From Halobacteriovoraceae bacterium (GTDB lineage Bacteria; Bdellovibrionota; Bacteriovoracia; Bacteriovoracales; Bacteriovoracaceae), in NCBI GenBank assembly GCA_963719505.1, contig CAVRCF010000003.1, positions 64,001-128,000 on the forward strand: 64,000 nucleotides of DNA, written 5' to 3'. The notes under the pieces were generated by a model, which was not told where the DNA came from, made no database searches, and was given only the letters and a program-made list of their open reading frames with translations. The position numbers and the translations under genes are program-made. Every line of letters starts with the position of its first letter. Positions within the stretch are counted from its first letter, which is position 1. Shown one piece after another: positions 50,687-59,736 of this stretch.

Positions 50687-51730
50687 ATGAAATTAATCAA
50701 GCCTAATATCAATCTAAAAGTCAAAGGTTCTAGCACCTTCGTTCCACGTGAATTTGAGTATTCAAATTTGGACATTTTAGATATTCACCCTACAACTAAA
50801 ATTCTTCCAAAGTTTGCTAAGAAAAAACTTGCAAGCTCCATTGAGAAGAAATTTGGTTTTGAAAAAAGATGCATGATAAGAAAGCCCGGAGACGACTCAA
50901 GTGTCGCTGATCAACTCAGTAGCGAGGCGATGTCATCTCTTTGCCTTAAGAACTGTTATAAGGACAGCCAGGAGGAAGTTGGCTATTTCATCATGGGTAC
51001 AACGACATCTAGCCGCTATACTGGCTCACAAGCGACAAGTGTCTTAAGTTCGATTAAACAGTTTTCTCCCGCAGTTGAAATGATGGCAGGATGCTCAACC
51101 TCGTTAGCATCTCTCTATACCGGAATTATGGCCCTTCAAAGTGGGCACGACAATGTGATGGTCGTCTGCAGTGAGACAATGTCAAAGATTGTTAATCCCA
51201 AAATAAGAGAGACTTGGTTTGGACTGGCCGATGGGTCAGCAGCTCTTTGGTTAGAAGTGAACAATAAAGATCCAGATTTTAAAGCTCTAGGAATGATTTT
51301 TGGCACAGACGGTGAACATGTCGACATGTACACGACTCAAGGAAAGTTTCCGCCAAATCAAAAAGATCTTGATCATGGAGGCTATGTTTTGGCAGGGGAT
51401 GGTGACAAGCTTCGTGAACTTTCATTAAAGTATTATGGACAGATGATTGAGCATTTTAAAACGCAGTACAATCTAGAGGAAATAAATTATCTGATCCCTC
51501 ATCAAGTTAATAATTCAATCATTACCGAATTCGTTAACAGTCACTTTAAGGACTCAGCTCTTAAGGTGCTAAAAAATAATAAAGAAATAGGTAATATTGG
51601 AGGAGCATCAGTTCTCTATACACTTTGCGATTCTATTGAAAAAGATACTTTTAAAAAAGGTGATAAAATTTTACTCATGAGTGTGGGCGGGGGACTAAGT
51701 TTCTCGATGCATTTATGGGAAAAGCTATAA
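50687..51730 (+). CDS. FabH/KSIII-like ketosynthase (divergent)
   Basis: AGCST, ADGSAA, PHQVN, GNIGGAS, SVGGG. Confidence 0.85.
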   Translation: MKLIKPNINLKVKGSSTFVPREFEYSNLDILDIHPTTKILPKFAKKKLASSIEKKFGFEKRCMIRKPGDDSSVADQLSSEAMSSLCLKNCYKDSQEEVGYFIMGTTTSSRYTGSQATSVLSSIKQFSPAVEMMAGCSTSLASLYTGIMALQSGHDNVMVVCSETMSKIVNPKIRETWFGLADGSAALWLEVNNKDPDFKALGMIFGTDGEHVDMYTTQGKFPPNQKDLDHGGYVLAGDGDKLRELSLKYYGQMIEHFKTQYNLEEINYLIPHQVNNSIITEFVNSHFKDSALKVLKNNKEIGNIGGASVLYTLCDSIEKDTFKKGDKILLMSVGGGLSFSMHLWEKL

Positions 51731-52735
51731 AACTTCTAAAACCATATTCGCGGCTAAACCACCACCACCAGCTGAAATAAGAAGAACCTTCTCTCCTGAT
51801 TTTATGGGATAGGAGGTGAGAAGTTCATTTAAGGCCATCCCCACACTTGCTCCACTTGTGTTTCCATACTTCTTTACCGTTTGAATAACTTTCTCCATTG
51901 GAAAATTTAACTTCTTCGCTAAAGCTGTAATCATATGCAGATTGGCTTGATGAGGCACAACCCAAGATATATCTGTAAGATTCATTTTTGAATTCTCTAG
52001 AAGAGTTAGTGTGGTCTCGTGCATTCCGGCCAGAGCTTTTATATAAAGCTCTGCACCACCTTTCATTTTTAGATAGGGATGAAACTCCTCCTTTACATCT
52101 TGATAAGGTGTTCTTGAACCTCCGTGGGGAATTGAAATAATATCAGAGGCACTTCCATCGCTAAAGAGTTGGCCACAGAGGATTTGAAAAGAAGCTTCCT
52201 TTTTAGAAGAGGATATAACACAGCTTGATGCTCCATCTCCAAATAGAACAGAAGTTTGAAAGTCATCTGGATTTAAAAATTTAGATCGAATCTCACTTGA
52301 ACAAAGAAGAACATCTTTTTTAAACCCACTGGCTATTTGCGCTCCAGTCAAGAGTGAAGTGACAAACCCCGCACAGGCAGCCCCAAGATCAAAAGCTCCA
52401 ATATCTTGTAGATCGAGTCGATCTTGTAAAAGAGGGGCTGTCGGGGGGACTGGATAATCAGATGATACAGTGGAGAAGATCAGGCTAGCGAGATTTTCTA
52501 GGCAGTGAGGATGTAACCTTTTTAACGCCATTACACTTTCAAATCCTAGGTCGCTAACAGCTTTATCTTTTGAGACCCAGTAGCGTGTATTGATTCCTGT
52601 TCGCTTTTCTAAAAGTGAGGGTTTTATGTCACTTCCTATCCAGGCCGCAAAGTCCTCATTGGTTATAAGTCTATCCCCTTTTGCCATACTAGGGCCTATA
52701 ATAAATAAAGGATGATCCGGCTTATAGAAACTCAT
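51725..52735 (-). CDS. FabH/KSIII-like ketosynthase
   Basis: AACAGF, LFGDGA, PHQAN, GNTSGAS, SAGGG. Confidence 0.9.
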   Translation of the reverse strand: MSFYKPDHPLFIIGPSMAKGDRLITNEDFAAWIGSDIKPSLLEKRTGINTRYWVSKDKAVSDLGFESVMALKRLHPHCLENLASLIFSTVSSDYPVPPTAPLLQDRLDLQDIGAFDLGAACAGFVTSLLTGAQIASGFKKDVLLCSSEIRSKFLNPDDFQTSVLFGDGASSCVISSSKKEASFQILCGQLFSDGSASDIISIPHGGSRTPYQDVKEEFHPYLKMKGGAELYIKALAGMHETTLTLLENSKMNLTDISWVVPHQANLHMITALAKKLNFPMEKVIQTVKKYGNTSGASVGMALNELLTSYPIKSGEKVLLISAGGGGLAANMVLEVL

Positions 52736-52737
52736 TA

Positions 52738-53451
52738 TTAAAGCTTACCGGAATTTGGAATGGGGAGTCCACCGGAGACTTCAAGTTTTGTACCAGTTAT
52801 ATAAGAGCTTTCAGCGATAAGCATTCTTACCGGCGCAATAATATCTTCTGGATTGCCCATTCTATTTGTTAAGATCTGCTCGTTCATCTGGTTTTGATAG
52901 GCTTCTCTTTTCCAAATCATTTTATTTCGAGAAGTTTTAAAAAGGCCAAGCCTTAGAGTGTTGGCCAAGATATTTGAAGCGCCGTACTCAACTGCAATAT
53001 TGGTCATTAAACCCTCAAGGGCCGATTTAAGCATAATATAACTGGAGTATTTTGATGTTCCCATGATTGTTGAAATGGATGATATTAGAACGATTCTTCC
53101 AAAATCATTATCACGCATGCTCTCTAATGAAGACTTAATAATAGATAGATTTCCCTTGAGGTTGGACTTTATATAATCGAGCTCCATCTCAGTGTCGAGC
53201 TGTTCAAGCTTGGCAAGTTTATTCATTTTTGAACAGGCATTAAGAATTAAAATATCATAAGAATCTTTTGGGGCTTCATGATCAAAATGGTGAACGATAC
53301 CTTTTGCCTTAAAACCCTGATAACGAATTTCATTTTGCTTTAGAGAGTCTAAACTTGAACAGGTGTAGGTGATATCATAATCTTTATCAAAGGCTAAAAT
53401 AAGAGCATGAGCAATATCTGATGATCCTCCGGTTATAAGCAACTTTCTCAC
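52738..53451 (-). CDS. SDR oxidoreductase (FabG-like ketoreductase)
   Basis: ITGGSSDIA, GRIVLISS, YIMLK, YITG..L.VSGG. Confidence 0.85.
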   Translation of the reverse strand: MRKLLITGGSSDIAHALILAFDKDYDITYTCSSLDSLKQNEIRYQGFKAKGIVHHFDHEAPKDSYDILILNACSKMNKLAKLEQLDTEMELDYIKSNLKGNLSIIKSSLESMRDNDFGRIVLISSISTIMGTSKYSSYIMLKSALEGLMTNIAVEYGASNILANTLRLGLFKTSRNKMIWKREAYQNQMNEQILTNRMGNPEDIIAPVRMLIAESSYITGTKLEVSGGLPIPNSGKL

Positions 53452-53675
53452 TTTGTATTTCCTTTGATAAAGGACTCTATATTTTCTATTGTTCTAAAAG
53501 ACTCTTCTGTGAAGTCTTTAGTCGAAAGTTGCCTCTTTGTTGCCGTCTCTAACTCTGAAAATAAAAGGGCACAGGTTAGACTATCTAAACCATAACTTGA
53601 GAGATCGTCAGTCGCCTTTTCAGGGAGTGTCTCCAAGCCTACGTTTAATAGGGCATCTCTGATAATAGCTTCCAC
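53448..53675 (-). CDS. Acyl carrier protein 2
   Basis: GLDSL phosphopantetheine site; FRTIENI; start and stop overlap neighbours. Confidence 0.85.
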   Translation of the reverse strand: MEAIIRDALLNVGLETLPEKATDDLSSYGLDSLTCALLFSELETATKRQLSTKDFTEESFRTIENIESFIKGNTK

Positions 53676-55423
53676 TAGCTTACCCTTGCTCTAATTTTAT
53701 TCTTGATATTCCTAAAGTTCATTTTAAAGAGGAAAAGAGAGGTTCTTAAAAGAGATTTAGCCTCTTTAGTTAAAAGCTTACCTTCTTCCCATTTCTTTAG
53801 AGTCATTCTTCGTTTTAGTTTTCCTGAACTTGAGCGTAAAAGGACTCCAGGGGAGTAGAGTTCAATCGTAAAAATGGGAAGCGATTCAGAGGCAATGATC
53901 TTTCTGATTTTTCCTTTTATTTCGTCACCATCTTTGGAGATGAGAGTTGTCTGGGAAACTTCAGCAAGAACAACAAGCTCTTCAGTATCATTCTTTCTAT
54001 TATAGAATGATGAAACAATGACTCTTCCTTTTCTGAGACCTTCTATATGATATATTTTTTCTTCAAAAAGTGTTGGATAGTAGTTCTTTCCTCTTATGAC
54101 CATGGTGTCTTTTAGCCTGCCACAAAGGTAGAGTTCTCCTTGATGTATAAATCCCTCGTCACCCGTATCTAGATAATCATCGATAAAAAGACTTAATGTT
54201 TTTTCTAAATCGTTATAGTAACCAGAAGTTATAGATGGACCTTTAATAAGAACTCTTCCAATTTTTCCATCATCTACTTTTGCGCCCTTTTCATCGATGA
54301 TTTTTAAGTCAAAACTTTTTAGCATTCTACCAATGCAACATATTTCTTCGCCATTTGGGTCGAGTTTTATGTGACCCTTAGCTAGTTTTTCTTTATTAAT
54401 TTTTATAAAGCTCATCCCTCTTTTCTTGTCTACCATGGCCACGGCCAAGGTCGCCTCCGCCATACCGTAAACAGGAATTAGGGATGCGCAGTCAAACTTT
54501 GCAGGCTTCACATGGGCAATAAATTTTTCCATGGTTTCACGATAAACCATCTCAGCACCACACATAGCGACTTTGAGGTTAGACAAGTCGTAAGTGGCAA
54601 TCTTATCACTGGGGACTCGTTTTTGAATTAGACCATAAGCAAAGTTAGGCGCTGTAGTGCAAGTCGTTTTAAAATCACTCATCGCTTTGAGCCAAAGATA
54701 CGGTTTTCTTATAAAGTCATCAGGTCTAATCAAGGTGAGATCATTCCCAACAAATAAAGACACCATAAGGACACCCACGAGTCCCATATCGTGGTAGAGG
54801 GGAAGCCATGACGTTACAGATAGATCTATTGGGTCAATAGGTGTTTCCTCAATAATAATATTTGTATTAGTGACAGCATTTTCTTGTGTGATAATAACAG
54901 CTTTTGGGGCACCAGTAGTCCCAGAACTAAACTGTAAAAAACAGATATCAGACTTCTTATAGGTCTCGATATCAAATCTAAAGAGCTCGACACTTCTGTT
55001 GATGCTTTCTATTGTATGAATAGAGATTTGAGTAGAGCTCAGTATGTCATCGCAAAGAGATGATATGTTTAAATCTGTGATAAGGGCTTTACTCTCGATG
55101 GAGTTAATCATGGCACTTGTTCGGTCTGACCACTCGGTCATATCCGTTAGGCTTGCTGGTGGATAGAGAGAAACAGGCACTGCTCCTATCATTTGAGCCG
55201 CAAAAAAAGCGGCTAAAAATTCCTCACATGTAGGAAGCATTAAAGAGATAATGTCATCTTTTCCAAGTCCTATTTTTTTGTAATAGGCAGCATATTTTTT
55301 TGTGTCTTGTAAAAGTGCAGGATATCGATATTCTCGATACTGAGCTTTTCTATCCATAAAACGTATTACGGATCTATCTTCGCCAGCTCGTTCTAAAAGA
55401 AAGTGGAGCGTGTGAAAGTTCAT
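53675..55423 (-). CDS. Fatty acyl-AMP ligase (FAAL)
   Basis: FLQFSSGTTGAPK, SWLPLYHDMGL, TTAPNFAY, YGMAEATL, GRLKD..VIRGKNYYP, SSGK. Confidence 0.92.
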   Translation of the reverse strand: MNFHTLHFLLERAGEDRSVIRFMDRKAQYREYRYPALLQDTKKYAAYYKKIGLGKDDIISLMLPTCEEFLAAFFAAQMIGAVPVSLYPPASLTDMTEWSDRTSAMINSIESKALITDLNISSLCDDILSSTQISIHTIESINRSVELFRFDIETYKKSDICFLQFSSGTTGAPKAVIITQENAVTNTNIIIEETPIDPIDLSVTSWLPLYHDMGLVGVLMVSLFVGNDLTLIRPDDFIRKPYLWLKAMSDFKTTCTTAPNFAYGLIQKRVPSDKIATYDLSNLKVAMCGAEMVYRETMEKFIAHVKPAKFDCASLIPVYGMAEATLAVAMVDKKRGMSFIKINKEKLAKGHIKLDPNGEEICCIGRMLKSFDLKIIDEKGAKVDDGKIGRVLIKGPSITSGYYNDLEKTLSLFIDDYLDTGDEGFIHQGELYLCGRLKDTMVIRGKNYYPTLFEEKIYHIEGLRKGRVIVSSFYNRKNDTEELVVLAEVSQTTLISKDGDEIKGKIRKIIASESLPIFTIELYSPGVLLRSSSGKLKRRMTLKKWEEGKLLTKEAKSLLRTSLFLFKMNFRNIKNKIRARVS

Positions 55424-55656
55424 TATAATTTTGCCTCTATAATATGCGCCAGATCCCCGACAGTTTCGGGATTTTTCTGTAGTTCCTCAGGCTCGAGAGA
55501 AACTTCAAATTTCTCTTCAATCTCATCAATGATTGTCAAAATACCAAGACTATCAAGCCCAAGATCTTCTTTCAGTTTGTCTTCTTTGGTTACTTCTCTA
55601 TCTAAGTACCCATTTTTTTGCACAACTTCATTAATAAAAGATACAATTTTGTCCAT
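55423..55656 (-). CDS. Acyl carrier protein 1
   Basis: LGLDSL, IEEKF, TVGDL; CAGGAG SD. Confidence 0.9.
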   Translation of the reverse strand: MDKIVSFINEVVQKNGYLDREVTKEDKLKEDLGLDSLGILTIIDEIEEKFEVSLEPEELQKNPETVGDLAHIIEAKL

Positions 55657-55683
55657 TTTAATTCTCCTGATTTACCTTTATGG

Positions 55684-55699
55684 AGCAATTTAAGTGCCA
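55684..55699 (-). promoter_or_regulatory. Sigma54 -24/-12 promoter of the ACP-FAAL operon
   Basis: Minus strand TGGCAC-TTAAA-TTGCT, full consensus match. Confidence 0.8.
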
Positions 55700-55756
55700 A
55701 GATCAACAAGATATCTCTTCTGAATCTTTTCAAGGGAGTGTTTAAAAAATAAAAAG

Positions 55757-55773
55757 TGTCTAAAGTTTAGACA
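55757..55773. promoter_or_regulatory. Perfect 17-bp palindrome, putative activator site
   Basis: TGTCTAAA-G-TTTAGACA, 58 bp upstream of the -24 element. Confidence 0.65.
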
Positions 55774-55785
55774 TATTAAAACTTA
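55774..55785 (+). repeat. Left target-site duplication of IS (TATTAAAACTTA)
   Basis: Repeated exactly at 57099-57110; identity extends to ACATATTAAAACTTATG (55771-87 and 57096-112). Confidence 0.8.
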
Positions 55786-57098
55786 TGTGTTGAATCCCAG
55801 CGACTATGTCCGTTTAATATCCCAGCGATTATGTCCTACCTTGTGTGTCATATTGCTCGCTTTTTATAGTCATAAATCCTCTTTGTGTTGAACACTATTG
55901 GATATATTTCTTTACCCATAATATCAAAGCTCTGACTGCCATCAAGATGGGTATTTATATTCACTTCGCGACCTCGATAGCAAAACTTTTCGTCTATCAA
56001 CCAAGTAATTGCTTTGAAAGAAAATACGTTTCCAACTCCAATTTTTCTTCTCTCTTTTTTACAAAAAACTCTGTCTAAATTTCCAAAAACATTTTTCCTG
56101 TAAGCTGTATCGAAGCTTTGCGACTCTACCGAGAACTGCTTATTAAAAGCTTCTATAAAAGTTGTTCTCAAATAGTCATTTGCCTCTTCCAAAGTTTCTA
56201 TTTTATAAAACGAAAGCTCCGCTACCAGTCGATCTTGTAGAGTCCTAAAGAGACGCTCTACTCGTCCTTTAGCTTGTGGAGAGCTTGCAAGAATTAAGTT
56301 AATATTAACCTGATCAAAGGCTCTTGAGATCTGAGATTCCCAGTCTCGATCTACCTTTCCATAAATCCCTGCTTGATCCATGTAGAAGGCTTCTGGAATT
56401 CCATTTTTATCAATTACTTCCTTGATAACTTTCATCGAATGCATCGACTTCTCTCCATAAAAAAACTCTGCTGCTAAAATCTTTCCGGTTGCATCGTCGA
56501 TTGCTGCAATTAAGTCCGATTTGTGATTACCAAACCAAGGGTGATGGCTTCCATCGAACTGCACGAGCATACCTTCTTGAGGGACTCTGGCTCTAGGCTT
56601 GAAAGATCTTCTCTTCGCTCTTCTTGGAGCTTTTACAAGATTGTGTTTAGTTGCAATTCGATGAAGTGAAGACTTTGAAATTTTAATGTTTTCATTTTTA
56701 ATTAACATTTCGTTAAAGTGAGTGAGATTAAATCCAACATACTTATAAGTTAGAAGATCTACGATCAAAGCTTCTAGTCTTTCAGAAGTTTTATTTACTG
56801 GAGCAACACCAGAATTTTTATGTATGACTCCTATGAAGTCATGAGTCTCAACATTCTTAATAATACGTTGAGACTGGCGATACGACTTTTTAGATATGAT
56901 GGAAAATTCTTTAATAGAAATTTTTCCGGCTAAGACTTCACAGGCGAGTCTATAAAGCTTCATTTGTTTAGCATCCATGCTTATTTTTCCCATTTAACAC
57001 CTCAGGTTTGATTACCTGAGTATTGTAATATTAATGCGTTAAGTAGGACATTTTCGCTGGGAAATAAGGATAGGACATAATTGTCGAATCTTTATACA
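55786..57098 (-). mobile_element. Insertion sequence, IS1202/ISNCY-like (~1.3 kb)
   Basis: TGT...ACA ends; two subterminal repeats per end (ATGTCC core, three of four preceded by CCCAGCGA); flanking direct repeat; single DDE transposase. Confidence 0.85.
55848..56993 (-). CDS. DDE transposase (IS1202/ISNCY, IS481-related)
   Basis: N-terminal HTH; GMLVQFDGSHHPW, IDDATG, YMD, SPQAKGRVERLFRTLQDRL. Confidence 0.93.
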   Translation of the reverse strand: MGKISMDAKQMKLYRLACEVLAGKISIKEFSIISKKSYRQSQRIIKNVETHDFIGVIHKNSGVAPVNKTSERLEALIVDLLTYKYVGFNLTHFNEMLIKNENIKISKSSLHRIATKHNLVKAPRRAKRRSFKPRARVPQEGMLVQFDGSHHPWFGNHKSDLIAAIDDATGKILAAEFFYGEKSMHSMKVIKEVIDKNGIPEAFYMDQAGIYGKVDRDWESQISRAFDQVNINLILASSPQAKGRVERLFRTLQDRLVAELSFYKIETLEEANDYLRTTFIEAFNKQFSVESQSFDTAYRKNVFGNLDRVFCKKERRKIGVGNVFSFKAITWLIDEKFCYRGREVNINTHLDGSQSFDIMGKEIYPIVFNTKRIYDYKKRAI

Positions 57099-57110
57099 TA
57101 TTAAAACTTA
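57099..57110 (+). repeat. Right target-site duplication of IS
   Basis: TATTAAAACTTA immediately after the terminal ACA. Confidence 0.8.
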
Positions 57111-57157
57111 TGATCTGTATGGAGACAGATGTTTTGAAACCATGGTACATTTGACCT

Positions 57158-58456
57158 ATGAATTATAGATTTTTGAACCTTGCTGTCGGTGACGCATTTT
57201 ATCTGAGTGAAATTAAGGATCTTCTTGATCCTAATTCTGAGGTTGAGTTTTTTGTCCCCAAGGACTGTGAGAAAATCCAGAGAAAAACATTCGATGGCTT
57301 TTTTACGATGATAACGACTATTGAAGGTGAGAAAGTTGCTATTTGTTATAACGATTTTCGAGGTTTTGGTTCCACTTTTGGTGTTGAAAACTCTTTAAGG
57401 GTTGGAGCATTCCTAGACCATATTACTGATAAAAAGATCCCTCTTATATATTTGGCCAATAGCTCTGGAATACGAGTTCAAGACTCAAGAAAAGTCTTTA
57501 GAAACTCTTTTACTCTTGTGGCCAAGATAAAGAAATTTGCAAAAGAAAACTTATATATTTCAGCTTCCCTTGGACAGACTCTCGGATTAAGTGCATTGCT
57601 CTACTCGTTAGCAGATTATCGTCTGGCCTTAAAAGAGGTTTGTAAATTTAATTTGACGGGGCCTGAAATTTTTAAAATGTTTTTTGGAACAAAAGTTGAC
57701 TTCAGTGATGCCTGTAATGCGGAAACAATGTTGCTTGAAAATCAACTCGTTCAAGACATAGCAGTAGATAAAGCCGATCTTTTCAAGAGGCTCAGAGAGA
57801 TTTTTCAAAAGTCAGCCCCACAATTTAGTCCCGTGGTCACGAATATGGGAGAGCTTCAAAGGTGGATTGAAGGTGACTCTTTAGAACTTTTTTCGAGTTT
57901 TGGTAAATCAGTAAGAATTTTTTTGAAACAGACGGAGCAAGGAAAGATAGGCGTTTTTTATAATCCTTTTAATAACCCAAATATGATGCGGGTTATTGAC
58001 GTACAAAAAATGAGATTTGGTCTCAGCTTTTTTCAAAAATTAGGAATACCTATTTTAAATTTTGTTGATACTGCCGGTGGAGATCCTAGAATAAGTGAAA
58101 ATAATAATAATATCGCCAGGCAGTTATATGATCTTGCCAGTGATATTATTGATTATCCATATTATAAAAGGGCGATTATTTGTGGTCGCTGCTTTGGTGG
58201 CGCATCGATTTTATCTTTTCCAGTCTTCTTTGGAGGGGATAAAACCATCTTAATTGACGGAGCTAAAATAGGCATCATGGACAATAATATAATCAAGCAC
58301 CTTCTTTCAAACGCAAAACCTCTTCTATCAATTTGGGAAGAAAATAAAAAAGAAGAATTTGAAGACTATTCTGACTACGTCAAAGATGGACTGACAACCT
58401 CCTTAATGTCTATTGAGGAAGCTTTTGAGACTCTTACAAAAGAGATTAACTACTAG
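57158..58456 (+). CDS. Stand-alone acyl-CoA carboxyltransferase (beta-subunit-like, divergent)
   Basis: NDF..FGSTFG, NSSGIRVQD, LTGPE, FVDTAG, GRCFGG: two crotonase-fold CT domains. Confidence 0.78.
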   Translation: MNYRFLNLAVGDAFYLSEIKDLLDPNSEVEFFVPKDCEKIQRKTFDGFFTMITTIEGEKVAICYNDFRGFGSTFGVENSLRVGAFLDHITDKKIPLIYLANSSGIRVQDSRKVFRNSFTLVAKIKKFAKENLYISASLGQTLGLSALLYSLADYRLALKEVCKFNLTGPEIFKMFFGTKVDFSDACNAETMLLENQLVQDIAVDKADLFKRLREIFQKSAPQFSPVVTNMGELQRWIEGDSLELFSSFGKSVRIFLKQTEQGKIGVFYNPFNNPNMMRVIDVQKMRFGLSFFQKLGIPILNFVDTAGGDPRISENNNNIARQLYDLASDIIDYPYYKRAIICGRCFGGASILSFPVFFGGDKTILIDGAKIGIMDNNIIKHLLSNAKPLLSIWEENKKEEFEDYSDYVKDGLTTSLMSIEEAFETLTKEINY

Positions 58457-59736
58457 TTTTTCCTCTTCATTTTTATAAGAATTTCTCTGTCTGGCTTTAA
58501 TGTGATGAGCCCTTTTGGTTTTACATCCGGCTTTGACTCCAAAACAAAATCGAAGTGGTAAAAAAGATGCTTTATGACGGTATAAATTTCTGTTTCGGCA
58601 AGTATCTTTCCAATGCAATTTCTCGTTCCAAGGCTAAAGGGAAAATAGGTAAATTGATTAGGCTTTTTGAATTGTCCTTGTGAGTTTAGCCATCGAGATG
58701 TTTTAAAGACCTTTGCATCTTTGAAGTACTTCTCATCTCTTTGAGTCGTATAGGGGCTTAGACTTAAGTAATCTCCAGCTTTAATTTTTACTCCCGATAT
58801 TTCTACATCTTCTATAGCTTTTCTGCCGATATTCCAAACTGGAGGATAGAGTCTGAGCATCTCAAAAATAAAAGCCTTAACAATTGGCTGTTGTTCTAAG
58901 TCTTCGTAAAGAATTTTTTCTTCATAGCATTTTGATATCGCCTCGAGAAGCTCGCCAGTGATAAGACTGTCTTTCACACTTGTATAAAGAATCCACGTTA
59001 GTACTGTGGCCGTCGTTTCATGACCAGCTAAGAAGAGAGCAAGCATTTGGTCATTGATCTCTTTTGGGTCACAACCAGCATTTAAAAGAATACCTATAGC
59101 CCCATTTTCCTCGTCATTTGAATGATTTTCTACCAGTTCTGAAGAGATACTCTGGATGTTTAAAATAGCTTTTCTATATTTTAGGTGGTGGGGCAGAGGC
59201 AGCCACATGATCTTTTTATAACCAGGAATACTCATGTAGGCTATAAGCTTCAAAGCATCTTGCAAACTCTCGTCAATCACCTTCATTTTCTGATCTAGCT
59301 TTTGCCCAAAAAGTAACACTGAAATAATGTCCATTGAGACTTTGGTAAAGAACTCTTCAGTGTTTACTATTTGTGTTTCAGTGTTTTTCAATTGAAGAGA
59401 CATGAGTTCATTTATTTCAGTCTCAAAGCGAGAGACAAAAGCCTTTGAAAAAACTTTTGAAAGATCTTTCCTTCGCTTTATATGATCTTCACCGTCACTC
59501 GATAGAATATTGTCCCCAATTAAAGCTTTTGCATTATTTAAGGCCATTCCTTTGTTGAAGGACTTAGCTTTAGTGAGAAGAATTTCTTTGACGGCTTCTT
59601 GGTTATAAAAAAGATATATTTTTGTTCCGGCCATTCCAATCACATTTATGTCATGCCCTTCTTCAGACATTTTAAGCTGATAGGCCGGTGCATCTTTCAT
59701 ATACTTTATGGCAGAGGCTTTGTTTACTTTACTCAC
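58453..59736 (-). CDS. Cytochrome P450
   Basis: LAGHETT, EMLR (ExxR), heme motif FSLGTRNCIG. Confidence 0.95.
   Translation of the reverse strand: MSKVNKASAIKYMKDAPAYQLKMSEEGHDINVIGMAGTKIYLFYNQEAVKEILLTKAKSFNKGMALNNAKALIGDNILSSDGEDHIKRRKDLSKVFSKAFVSRFETEINELMSLQLKNTETQIVNTEEFFTKVSMDIISVLLFGQKLDQKMKVIDESLQDALKLIAYMSIPGYKKIMWLPLPHHLKYRKAILNIQSISSELVENHSNDEENGAIGILLNAGCDPKEINDQMLALFLAGHETTATVLTWILYTSVKDSLITGELLEAISKCYEEKILYEDLEQQPIVKAFIFEMLRLYPPVWNIGRKAIEDVEISGVKIKAGDYLSLSPYTTQRDEKYFKDAKVFKTSRWLNSQGQFKKPNQFTYFPFSLGTRNCIGKILAETEIYTVIKHLFYHFDFVLESKPDVKPKGLITLKPDREILIKMKRKN

Noticed and set aside
55757-55785. XerCD (dif-like) site as the IS target
   Set aside because: No resemblance to the XerD arm TTATGTTAAAT or the 11-6-11 layout that I could see
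55786-55840. Short tandem ATCCCAGCGAYTATGTCC repeats as a mini-CRISPR
   Set aside because: Only two copies, mirrored at the other IS end; they are subterminal IS repeats and no cas genes are present
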